The notes under the pieces are model-generated. The model ran no database searches, was not told the DNA's origin, and was given only the letters and a program-made list of their open reading frames with translations. Shown in pieces: positions 36,384 through 49,356 of a stretch of 63,980 bases of DNA (positions within the stretch are counted from its first letter, which is position 1; every line of letters begins with the position of its first letter). The position numbers and the translations under genes were made by a program. Where the stretch lies: the NCBI GenBank assembly GCA_051294375.1, contig CM119263.1:8974278-9038257 (forward strand), given 5' to 3'. The DNA comes from Paraspadella gotoi (lineage: Eukaryota; Animalia; Chaetognatha).

Positions 36384-38497
36384 ATTTTATTTTCTCGAAT
36401 TTTGAGCCGGTTTTATCCATTTAAAATCAACAAAAAACAGAGANNNNNNNNNNNNNNNNNNNNNNNNNNNNNNNNNNNNNNNNNNNNNNNNNNNNNNNNN
36501 NNNNNNNNNNNNNNNNNNNNNNNNNNNNNNNNNNNNNNNNNNNNNNNNNNNNNNNNNNNNNNNNNNNNNNNNNNNNNNNNNNNNNNNNNNNNNNNNNNNN
36601 NNNNNNNNNNNNNNNNNNNNNNNNNNNNNNNNNNNNNNNNNNNNNNNNNNNNNNNNNNNNNNNNNNNNNNNNNNNNNNNNNNNNNNNNNNNNNNNNNNNN
36701 NNNNNNNNNNNNNNNNNNNNNNNNNNNNNNNNNNNNNNNNNNNNNNNNNNNNNNNNNNNNNNNNNNNNNNNNNNNNNNNNNNNNNNNNNNNNNNNNNNNN
36801 CGCGAGATGCCGCAGAAGAAACGCTAGACCCGCGCGGAGGTCTTCGCGTCTGAAGGGGTCGAGGGGTCGTGAACGTGGAGAGAAGAGCAGGTTGGATGAT
36901 CGCGTGAATTATCGAGAGCCAGATGTTGAGAATCAAAAAAAAAAAGTGGAAATCCGGGGGAGAAAAGTGAGAAAAGTGCGAGCGGAGAAAATGAATCATC
37001 GACGTGAGATGAGGAGATTCGCTCTTCGACTAGCAAATCACAATCTGGTCATTAATCTCACGCGCTTGACCCATTAATCTTCGTCCGAGCGGACGTTTCA
37101 CGCCGCAGCTGCGTGAGTGGGGGTGGGAACGGTCAGAGGAGGCGCGAATGGAGCTGATTAAGGCGGACAAGAGAGAATAACTGNNNNNNNNNNNNNNNNN
37201 NNNNNNNNTAGCGTTGACGCGGCTGAATATGAGGTGAATAGAGGGGGAGAGGGAGTCGTCGTCGTTGTCGATGTTGTCGTCGCGGGATTCCGTTCAAGAG
37301 TCCGAAAGGGTTTTTTCTAAACTTTCCGTCAAAGGAAAGGTTGTGGAAGATGGAATGTCGAAAAGGTTAACTGCTCGTTGTCAAAAGACTCTGGGGCAAA
37401 GATTAAAGGTTATTACTCCAAAAGACGAAGTGAAAGCCATTTAAGGTTGTTGACTGGAGGTCGCCAAGGAACGAGCGAAAAGAATTTAGAACACAGTCGA
37501 AAGACAGGGAAAAAATAACAAAGAGTAATTAACATGATCGTTTAGAAGAGTAAACCAAAAATAAGGTTTTACCAAAAAATATTATTTTTAAAAAGAAATT
37601 GCAAGGAAAGAACCAAAGACAAGATAAAACTACGAAACAAAAAAAGGAAAACGAAACGCAACGAAAAAAAGGAGAGAGTAAAAAAAAAGAATAATTGGAG
37701 CTGCAAGGCAAAGAAAAAAAAGAGAAAAAAAAATCAGGCGCAAAAACGTGAAATGATGTGAAAGAAAAAAAAAACGGAGGATCCGCGATAATGAGAATCC
37801 ACCTCGACGCGAATTAAAAAAAACAAACAAAAAGAAAAAAAAAAGGAAACTGGCTCACGGATTCCAATTAGAGAAGAGAAAAAAAAGAGACCTGGCGCAG
37901 TCCTGTTGCCAATCGATTCCAATCGTCAGCTTGCAACGACCAGGAGCTATTCTTTTTTATATATACTTATTTATACTTTCGTTTCGAAATTGCAGCACAT
38001 CTAAAAAGAAACAGTTATTCTCTCTTGTCCGCCTTAATCAGCTCCATTCGCGCCTCCTCTGACCGTTCCCACCCCACTCACGCAGCTGCGACGTGAAACG
38101 TCCGCTCGGACGAAGATTAATGGGTCAAGCGCGTGAGATTAATGACCAGATTGTGATTTGCTAGTCGAAGAGCGAATCTCCTCATCTTCACGTCGATGAT
38201 TTCATTTTCTCCGCTCGCACTTTTCTCACTTTTCTCCCCCGGATTTCCACTTTTTTTTTTTTGATTCTCAACATCTGGCTCTCGATAATTCACGCGATCA
38301 TCCAACCTGCTCTTCTCTCCACGTTCACGACCCCTCGACCCCTTCAGACGCGAAGACCTCCGCGCGGGTCTAGCGTTTCTTCTGCGGCATCTCGCGGCTT
38401 TGAGGCCAAATCGACGGGGATTTCCAAAGAAAACAAAGTCTCGTACGATAATTGTTGAGGGGGATTTCTCTCTCTCTCTCTCTCTCTCCCTCTCTCC

Positions 38498-38553
<56 letters not shown>

Positions 38554-38696
38554 ATGAAGTAATAAATCTGGCGGATAAATGAAATAAAAAACAGTTTTCT
38601 TCCTGTTTAGGGAAAAAATGAAAAGATAAGCCCTCTTCTCTGTTTTTTGTTGATTTTAAATGGATAAAACCGGCTCAAAATTCGAGAAAATAAAAT

Positions 38697-38791
<95 letters not shown>

Positions 38792-39728
38792 GAGAGAGAG
38801 AGAATGCGGGGGAGAATGAAGCAGATCTCTTGATTTACAATCGATTTCCTCTCGTCGAATCGTTAGCCGATGTTCCGAGGGGAAAGAATACGGACTCCCC
38901 TCTTAGAGGACGACGATCACAATTACGACGACGACCACGACGACGATAACGACGACATATGGTTCGCTCTCACCAGTTCCGGTCCGCGACTCTCCCGCAA
39001 TCGCTGACCGTATCCGCAATTCATATTTAAATATTAAACTTCCCAATAGGCAACTTTCTTTGACCTTTTAAAATCTCGCGCTGACCAAACCCCTTTCGTT
39101 TCGCCAACTCATCTATGTCCGTACATTCCGTCATCCCACCTTCCTTCCCTCTTGATCTCTCCCCATCCTAATTCCCAGGAGCCCAGAGGCGAAAATTCTT
39201 TCCAATGCGGCGAAAAAAATGTTGGCCGCCCCGCGGGTTTCGACTTTCGACAAGCTCGCTCGCTTTCTTTCTTTCTTTCTTTCTTTCCATTTTACATTTC
39301 TTCTTTCCTGTTACTTCTTTTCTTTATCCTATTTTTTCTTCTTTTTTCTTTTTTTCTTTTTTTAGCTTTTTCTTTTTCTTTTTTTTTTTCTTGCTTTTGG
39401 TACTTTTTTTTTCCATTTCTTTCTTTCTTCCTTTCTTTCGTCCGTTTTTCTTTCTTTCTTTGTTTCGTCCTTTTTTTCCTTCTTTCTATCTTTCTCTCTT
39501 TCTTTCTATCTTTTTCTTTTTCTTTCTATCTTTCTTCCTTTCTTTCTTTATTCCTTCATTCCCTCTCTTCCCCCCAACACGAATTCAATCTGACCCTCGA
39601 CCTCTAAAGACCCGACCATCGGTTTCTCTCTGCCCCAGGGGCGCCGCGAATCCCGGGCGGCGCGCCGGGAATTTCTGACTTTTTTTGATAATAATATCGT
39701 TATTGTTCTTGAGAATCGACCCGGCGCG

Positions 39729-39814
<86 letters not shown>

Positions 39815-40696
39815 CCACTATGAAATTTGATGTTATATTTGATTTATCCGCATCAGTTTCCTATCGTTAAACTCCCCACCATCTTCCTCTTCTCCTCCTC
39901 CAATCAAATCTCACCACCTCCCATCCCCAGCCAATCACCTTCGCCTTCTTCTCCCCAAGGCTCTTTCTCTCAAATCCAAATGGTCGATTCCTTTTCTTCA
40001 GCAAAACTTATCTTCTTTCAACGACCGACTCCATCAACGCCCCCTTCCATTCTCCATCAATCCGTCTCTTCCTCGTACATCCTAGCCCTAGTCCATCATG
40101 ACCCTTTAATGATCGCTACGGCGAACACCTAGCTTACTCTCAGCTTCAGTTAACTTCGAACTCCCGAGGAGAATCCAAAGCTATATTAACAAACGCCACC
40201 GCAATCTTATATTAACATATTATATTTACAATATTATATTAACAAACGCCACCGCAATCTATATTAACATATTATATTTACAATATTATATTAACAAACG
40301 CCACCGCAATCTTATCCACAGTCTTTCTAAGCTGCCTCAACCACACAATTTCTCCACAATATTTGGCCACAATATCCATGGCAGTCTTCGACCTCGCCCC
40401 AGTTTCTTCGTTATTCGGGGCAGCGAATCGTAATTGAAGGGAGCGATTAACGGATTAAGCGACCGGTTTTTATTGCGGAGGAGGGGGAGCTGGAGATGGA
40501 GAGGGAGAGGGAGGGACGGGAAAAGGCGGAGGAGAGCATGGGGAGGAAGAGGAGAGAAGAGAGAGGAGATCGATATGTTTGGCGAACGACTCGATCGTTT
40601 TTTTTTTCTTTATCATTCTTCGCGAAACTTTTTTATATCACTTCCTATTCACAACTTCTCAGTTCTCACTCTTTCTTTTTTCTCGCCTTTCCGCAG

Positions 40697-43600
40697 ACAC
40701 AACAAATTGACGAGCCTTTCCAACGGAGTCTTCGCCTCGACGCCTTCCATCACCAGCCTCGACTTGAGCGCCAACGACGTCACCAACGTGGAGATCTACG
40801 CCTTTCGCGATCTCAAGCGGCTCCAGCATCTCGACGCTTCCCACAACAACATATTAGACATCACTGGCGTCTTCGGTCAACTTAACGTCCTGCAGTCGCT
40901 CGTCATCTCGCACAACAAGATCAAACACATCGACCACAACTCTTTTCCTTACAGGTATTTAACTCTAACGGGGTTCTTTTTAATTTGGGCCAAAGAGCGG
41001 ACGATTGTTTTCGTTGTTCTTGTTTTTGTTTTTACTCGACATCGCCCGAGAGAAAGATAGATTTTCGAGAATTAGGTCTCGATCGTTTTGTCGGTTAAGG
41101 CGTCGATCAAGATTTCGAGCAGATTATGACTCCTCGTAAATAACTCTCCTTCCCTTTTTTTTCCCTTTTTATCCCTCCCTTATCATTTCTCGTTTCCTTC
41201 CTTTCTTTTATTTTTCCTTCTTCTTGTGTACTATTTTCTCTTTTATACTTCTCTCTGCCATTTTATCGTTCCTCTCTCTTTTAAATAAAAACTTCACGTC
41301 TTCCTACTTCCCCCCCTACTTTCTTCCCTACATTCCTTTCTCTCTCCCTCCCCCCTGTTCCTACCCCTCCCCAATACAGCCTGAAGGTCCTCGATCTTCC
41401 TTCAACTTGATCGAGACGATCGAAGCCCAAATCTTTCAGCCGATGAAAAACCTCAACATCGCGTTACCTCAACTTCAACAAGATCCGCCACGTCTCCCAG
41501 AGCGCGTTGCAGATCTCGCCCGAGGCGGCGTCGGTGCCCTCCATCTTTCTGGCTGGCAATCCGCTAATGTGCGATTGCCAGAACAACTGGCTGCAACGCA
41601 TCAAAGAGTTTCAGGCCACCCTGACGATGCTGCGGCTGCCCAAGGTGCCCGATCTGCAGCAACTCTACTGCTTCAGCCGCATCGAGAAAAAGAACATACT
41701 GCTCGTCGCGGCGAGCGGGAAAGACTTCGTCTGCGAGTACACCGATGGTGCGACAGGTCCAAGTTCGGCGCCTGCTGCGATTACTACACCTGCCAAGGTC
41801 GCATGATCTGTCCCACCGGCTGCAACCTGCTACAAGGATCTGGCGTGGACGGTGCACATCGTGAGGTGCTCGGAGGCGAACCTGGGGAAGGTGTCAACTT
41901 ACGTTCCGGTGACGGTGAAGGATCTCTTCCTCGACGGGAATCGATTAGAGAGGCTCACGAGGTAATTGAGGCACAACGACTTCTCAATTTCTAAAACATA
42001 AGGATTTTTAATTTTTGATTATTTTGTCAATGTGCGACATTTGAAATTTTGAAGATCTTAATTTACGTCCTCCTCACTGAAATTTCATCCCTTTGAACCG
42101 TAATATGCAAACGATTTTTTTCCTATCTTCCCTCTTCCAGAAACGGCATCGCGGGTCGTCGCCAGCTCGAACGCCTCTACCTCAACAACCAGCAACATTC
42201 AGATTCTCGAGTCGGACGCGTTGACGATTTGCCCCGGCTGACCACGCTTCACCTGGAGAGCAACAAGCTGACCAAAATCTACTCGGCGCAGTTCGCGGGC
42301 GTGCCCTATCTACAAGAGTTGCGCCTCGACTTTAACGCTATCTCCTTCGTCGAATCCGGAGCCTTCGACGACATGACGGATCTTCGCGTCCTAACGCTTA
42401 GCAACAATCACTTGACGACGCTGGCGACGGTGGAGGCTTCGCTGCCGCGCGCGCTGCCCGCCTCGCTCGCCACGCTCACCGTTTCTGATAACATGTACCC
42501 GTGCACGTGCGAATTCACGCGCGTCTTCACCACTTTTGTCGCGCGCAACCGGAAGATCATCTACGACGTGCGGAACTTGAGCTGCCTGCTGGCTAACGGC
42601 AGGAGCGGTGGCGCCGATGGTGCCGAAGAGGGCGATGAAGAATCCGGCGCCAGAGCGCGACGCGGGGTCGGACGGCGTCGCTTCCGATCGCGACGTAGGC
42701 GGCGCCACTCTCGCGCCGCGGCGCCGTGCTTTACCCGGCGCTGGACCCTCGAACGATGCGCGAATTGGCGATCGAATGTGGCGACATCGTGACGACGCCG
42801 GCGGAGGCGACGACGCCGAGACCGCGCGCGCGCAACGCCACGCTAGACTCGCGTAGTACCGACGAGCAGGTATCCAGCGCCAGGTGGACGCAGGTGGAAC
42901 GACGAGGGCGCCGCCGAAGGCGCTGACCGACGTCCAAATCATATCTATCGTCGTCATGGCAACGCTGACGCTAATCGTGATCGCGTTGGCCGCGTTATTG
43001 TACAGGTGAGGAAAAGTCGAAATAATAAAATAATGAAAATAAGAACTTAAATACACATGAATATTTCCGGTCAAACAGCTACAAAATAATTATTGCAAAA
43101 TGTTAAAAATTTTAAGAAGTTAGAGTATCCCCATGAATATTTTCTTAATGACAAAAAACTTTTGTTTTCTCCCAACCCACCAGGCATCGTCAAAGCCTCC
43201 GTTGGTGGATGACGGGTCGGCGCGGCGCCGTCAACTTCAACTCTTCGCTCGGCGCCGAATCTCGCTCCTCCACGGGAAGCGAGGCCGAGATGGAACCGCT
43301 CTACGACGCCCTCATCCTCTACGCCTCAGCGGACCAAGAGCGCGTCAAGCACGAGATCATTAATCCGCTGGAGAAGAACAACTTGGGCTATCGACTCTGC
43401 TATTCGCAGACGGGCATGCCCGAACTCAACGCCCGCATGAACATGAGCGCCATCGACCTCTCGCGGCGTCTCATCCTCGTCGTCACCGCCAACTACATCA
43501 ACCACGAGTTCCAGATGCCCAAACTCAGACCCCTCCACTCCAAGATCTTCAGAAATTGTCGCCATAAGCTCATCGTCGTCTCCATGGACACCTTGTGCGT

Positions 43601-43858
43601 GGAAGCCAACGGGCGCCCAATTGGAACACTATGGACGCCTTCACAATGGCCTCCTTCGGCCCGCACAACGGATACACCTACCTGCGGTGGGGCGAGGCCA
43701 ACTTTTGGGAGAATCTGTTTAACACGTTACCGCCACGACTGGACGGGCGAGCGTCCAACTACAGTCAGTCGTACATCGCCTTTTCGGACACTTCGCTGTG
43801 TCCGCATCCCATGATGAACTACGCGAGGGATCGACATTACACCAGCATAGAGTTGTAG
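40697..43858 (+). other. Frameshifted inverted copy of the Toll receptor 3' exons (palindrome left arm)
   Basis: Same sequence as 31277-34441 with several 1-bp indels. Confidence 0.9.
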
Positions 43859-45091
43859 CTAATTATTCTTACCACCCCTCTGTCCTTCCCAATTCCCTTT
43901 AATTATTAATTATTCTCGATCGTGTCTCCTCGTATCCCTTTTGCTCTCCTTCTCTTTAATTATTTGAATTCCGCTATTATTATTTTAACCTTTTTTTTTC
44001 ATTTTTCGAGTATTTTCTCCGCATTGACGAATTCCGTATCCGTTGTTATTGATTCGTTAACAGTTTGTTATAATTATTCGTTTGTATTATGTTTGTATAA
44101 TTCGTGAAACGTTGATTTTTTTTTTCCAACCGTGGAACTGGGAAGGGAGCGTGATATATTTCTCTGTTGAATTCCATGAATGAATTATAATTTCGTATTT
44201 TTTACGTTTTATAACTTTTCTCTCTGAGAAATTTAGTTCGAATCAGTGAAGCGAGTGATTCTTAGCCGTTGGCGACTTGTCCTGTGAATCGAGGCGAAAG
44301 ATGACGAGTTCGCCTCGAGATTTATATTTCGTCACAAAAATTCGGCTCAAAATTTCGGGGTCAAGATTCTGGTGAATTTTTTTTCCTCAGACAGATAATT
44401 CTTCTTAGCACCCGCTGAGAATGAATTTATGATAGTATAATTAGACAAAACCAATGGACAGTTAATCAAATCAAATGACTTTTAATTTTAATCAACAGAC
44501 TGACTTCTTTTAAGATCGACCGAGTGACAACGAATCGAAAAAAGCTGTCGAATTTACGCCGCTTCTTCCAAAAAATCGCCGCGGGTCGAATATAAGCCAG
44601 TTCACGGTCTTAATCCCTTGTATAAAACACGGGCAGTTATGCGTACGGAAAAACCGGGCGATGTGGGTAATTATCTGGCGTTCAATGCGATGAACGTGGC
44701 TGTAGACGCGGATTCATTTTTAAATATTTAAAAATACGAAAAAACAAAAAAAAATACGACAGTAAAAAGCAGTGCTTGTTGCTACAGTTACAAAATTTCG
44801 ACTGCTACATATACAATAATTTCATTTCTTTATTGTGGTTTAAGGTAATCTACTTAAAAAAATATCTATTTTTTGAAAAATAACTAGATTTAAAATCTAA
44901 TCATTAGTTAATTTTTTTCATAGTGAGTGCTTTTATATTCCATGAATTTGGATGCTGAACGAGTGTTGCACATCAATTTAATCGCTTAAATTAAAAACAA
45001 TTTGGTCAAGAATAAAAAAAAAAACTTCCAAGACGAGAGACACTATACGAAATATAAGTCAGATCAATTAAATCAGAGCTTCTTCCCCAAA

Positions 45092-46436
45092 TCAAAATTC
45101 TTCTTTAAATGGATGAAAGGGATATTCCAAGGACACGTTGCTGAATTTCACGATCCGTCCGTCCGGTCGATCCATCGACATCAACGCGTCATGTCGTCCT
45201 CGCTTAACTCGAAGTTTTGCACGTCGAAGTTGGAAGAGATCTGAGCAGAGAAAACGTGGGGAAATTAACTACAAAAAATTTATAAAGAAAACATTGGATT
45301 AGAACGAAACATGTACGGAAAATAAAAACCTATCGTTGTTAAGCAAAACGAAAAAGAAAGAAATAAATACAATAACTGACTGATTAAAACGAAAAGAGAG
45401 GGTATCTCCGGACAGACCTGGATGGCGTGGCGCTCTTTGGGATGACTGCGACGCCCCTCTGGATCGCGAACCGGATTAAAACTTGAGCCGGAGTTTTTTC
45501 CGTGAGATTCAGCGATTTCCTTGACTTTTTGATCCTCCAGTAGATTTGGATCGTCAGCCTTGGCCCTTTGTTGAAAGACGGAGGGAAAATATTTTATAAA
45601 TTAAACAATAAAACTGATAAGATAAAAACATTTCACCATGGCGGGCGGGATTCCCAAAGGGACTGTAGGCGGTGACAACAAGCCTTTTTCTTTGCAAAAC
45701 TTAATCAGTCTATCGTTGTTTGAAGTAGGGATGAACCTCCACTTGATTTACGACCGGTTGGACGGTGCAGTGTCCAGGACTCGTTGAATCTGAGTCGGAG
45801 AGAAGGGGGTGGGGGGAGGTTAAGCAGAAGAGTGGGAACAAACGGACAGAAAAGCAAAAGCTACAACGAAAACCTGTTTAGAATTAAAGTTTGATACACC
45901 GATGGATTTGATCTGACCAGCTTTATGAGCTTCTTCCAAGGCGGCCCACGTCTCCAGATAATCAACATCGCTGTAATTTTTTTACAATTTATCTCATCAC
46001 GTTAAAGAGAATCTTTTCCGAAAACGCCCCATTTCTTTTCCACATCCCTTAATTTAATTTGTATCCAAAATAATTAAACCTAATCCTTTGTAAAATGTTT
46101 AATCCAATTCCAAACTTATCTTCTAACCCTAATCAAATGTTTAAACTATAATCCCTAACCTAATCTAATCCTGATCCTTGTCCTTTAATTTAATCTTTAA
46201 ACTAAAAAAAATAATTTATTTCTAAATTTAAGCTGAAAATGGAGCTTCCGGAAATAAAGCCTGCTAAACATAAGCTATATTTACTTACGTCGTGATTGAC
46301 ATCCCCTCGGCGTCGACGGGAAAAGGTTGATCTCCTTCCTCGAAGCCCATGGGAGTGTGGACGAGCATCAGATCCACGTAGGATGTCTGGAGATCATTCA
46401 GGGTTTTCTCCACGCTCTGCGCCACCCTTTCTTTGG
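45092..46436 (-). other. Frameshifted partial copy of AKR exons 3-7 (palindrome left arm)
   Basis: Matches 28702-30047 in reverse, with indels. Exons 1-2 are absent. Confidence 0.9.
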
Positions 46437-46498
46437 CTGAAATATTGCCGCACATTAATATAATAAAAAATGACATTTAACATACTTTTCTTTTTTTT

Positions 46499-46716
46499 AG
46501 AGTCCCGCCAGCGAATCCCGCGTGACCTCCGCGATGTTGTTGTTGCTGAGGTCGAGCGACTCGAGGCGGCGGAGATCCTTGAGGGCGGCGGGGACGGCGT
46601 TGAGGTTATTGGCGGTCATGTTGAGGGCGACGAGGTGATCGAGGCCGCGAAAGGCGAACTCGTCCACCAGCTGGACGGCGTTGTGCTGCAGGTCGAGGCG
46701 AAGCAGCGCCGAACTC
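46499..46716 (-). other. Palindrome spacer: 218-bp copy of Toll exon sequence 56007-56224
   Basis: Encodes SSALLRLDLQHNAVQLVDEFAF..DSLAGL, identical to the corresponding part of ORF 55978..56301. Confidence 0.93.
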
Positions 46717-46778
46717 AAAAAAAAGAAAAGTATGTTAAATGTCATTTTTTATTATATTAATGTGCGGCAATATTTCAG

Positions 46779-48123
46779 CCAAAGAAAGGGTGGCGCAGAG
46801 CGTGGAGAAAACCCTGAATGATCTCCAGACATCCTACGTGGATCTGATGCTCGTCCACACTCCCATGGGCTTCGAGGAAGGAGATCAACCTTTTCCCGTC
46901 GACGCCGAGGGGATGTCAATCACGACGTAAGTAAATATAGCTTATGTTTAGCAGGCTTTATTTCCGGAAGCTCCATTTTCAGCTTAAATTTAGAAATAAA
47001 TTATTTTTTTTAGTTTAAAGATTAAATTAAAGGACAAGGATCAGGATTAGATTAGGTTAGGGATTATAGTTTAAACATTTGATTAGGGTTAGAAGATAAG
47101 TTTGGAATTGGATTAAACATTTTACAAAGGATTAGGTTTAATTATTTTGGATACAAATTAAATTAAGGGATGTGGAAAAGAAATGGGGCGTTTTCGGAAA
47201 AGATTCTCTTTAACGTGATGAGATAAATTGTAAAAAAATTACAGCGATGTTGATTATCTGGAGACGTGGGCCGCCTTGGAAGAAGCTCATAAAGCTGGTC
47301 AGATCAAATCCATCGGTGTATCAAACTTTAATTCTAAACAGGTTTTCGTTGTAGCTTTTGCTTTTCTGTCCGTTTGTTCCCACTCTTCTGCTTAACCTCC
47401 CCCCACCCCCTTCTCTCCGACTCAGATTCAACGAGTCCTGGACACTGCACCGTCCAACCGGTCGTAAATCAAGTGGAGGTTCATCCCTACTTCAAACAAC
47501 GATAGACTGATTAAGTTTTGCAAAGAAAAAGGCTTGTTGTCACCGCCTACAGTCCCTTTGGGAATCCCGCCCGCCATGGTGAAATGTTTTTATCTTATCA
47601 GTTTTATTGTTTAATTTATAAAATATTTTCCCTCCGTCTTTCAACAAAGGGCCAAGGCTGACGATCCAAATCTACTGGAGGATCAAAAAGTCAAGGAAAT
47701 CGCTGAATCTCACGGAAAAAACTCCGGCTCAAGTTTTAATCCGGTTCGCGATCCAGAGGGGCGTCGCAGTCATCCCAAAGAGCGCCACGCCATCCAGGTC
47801 TGTCCGGAGATACCCTCTCTTTTCGTTTTAATCAGTCAGTTATTGTATTTATTTCTTTCTTTTTCGTTTTGCTTAACAACGATAGGTTTTTATTTTCCGT
47901 ACATGTTTCGTTCTAATCCAATGTTTTCTTTATAAATTTTTTGTAGTTAATTTCCCCACGTTTTCTCTGCTCAGATCTCTTCCAACTTCGACGTGCAAAA
48001 CTTCGAGTTAAGCGAGGACGACATGACGCGTTGATGTCGATGGATCGACCGGACGGACGGATCGTGAAATTCAGCAACGTGTCCTTGGAATATCCCTTTC
48101 ATCCATTTAAAGAAGAATTTTGA
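46779..48123 (+). other. Frameshifted partial copy of AKR exons 3-7 (palindrome right arm)
   Basis: Direct copy of 28702-30047 with indels. Confidence 0.9.
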
Positions 48124-49356
48124 TTTGGGGAAGAAGCTCTGATTTAATTGATCTGACTTATATTTCGTATAGTGTCTCTCGTCTTGGAAGTTTTTTTTTT
48201 TATTCTTGACCAAATTGTTTTTAATTTAAGCGATTAAATTGATGTGCAACACTCGTTCAGCATCCAAATTCATGGAATATAAAAGCACTCACTATGAAAA
48301 AAATTAACTAATGATTAGATTTTAAATCTAGTTATTTTTCAAAAAATAGATATTTTTTTAAGTAGATTACCTTAAACCACAATAAAGAAATGAAATTATT
48401 GTATATGTAGCAGTCGAAATTTTGTAACTGTAGCAACAAGCACTGCTTTTTACTGTCGTATTTTTTTTTGTTTTTTCGTATTTTTAAATATTTAAAAATG
48501 AATCCGCGTCTACAGCCACGTTCATCGCATTGAACGCCAGATAATTACCCACATCGCCCGGTTTTTCCGTACGCATAACTGCCCGTGTTTTATACAAGGG
48601 ATTAAGACCGTGAACTGGCTTATATTCGACCCGCGGCGATTTTTTGGAAGAAGCGGCGTAAATTCGACAGCTTTTTTCGATTCGTTGTCACTCGGTCGAT
48701 CTTAAAAGAAGTCAGTCTGTTGATTAAAATTAAAAGTCATTTGATTTGATTAACTGTCCATTGGTTTTGTCTAATTATACTATCATAAATTCATTCTCAG
48801 CGGGTGCTAAGAAGAATTATCTGTCTGAGGAAAAAAAATTCACCAGAATCTTGACCCCGAAATTTTGAGCCGAATTTTTGTGACGAAATATAAATCTCGA
48901 GGCGAACTCGTCATCTTTCGCCTCGATTCACAGGACAAGTCGCCAACGGCTAAGAATCACTCGCTTCACTGATTCGAACTAAATTTCTCAGAGAGAAAAG
49001 TTATAAAACGTAAAAAATACGAAATTATAATTCATTCATGGAATTCAACAGAGAAATATATCACGCTCCCTTCCCAGTTCCACGGTTGGAAAAAAAAAAT
49101 CAACGTTTCACGAATTATACAAACATAATACAAACGAATAATTATAACAAACTGTTAACGAATCAATAACAACGGATACGGAATTCGTCAATGCGGAGAA
49201 AATACTCGAAAAATGAAAAAAAAAGGTTAAAATAATAATAGCGGAATTCAAATAATTAAAGAGAAGGAGAGCAAAAGGGATACGAGGAGACACGATCGAG
49301 AATAATTAATAATTAAAGGGAATTGGGAAGGACAGAGGGGTGGTAAGAATAATTAG

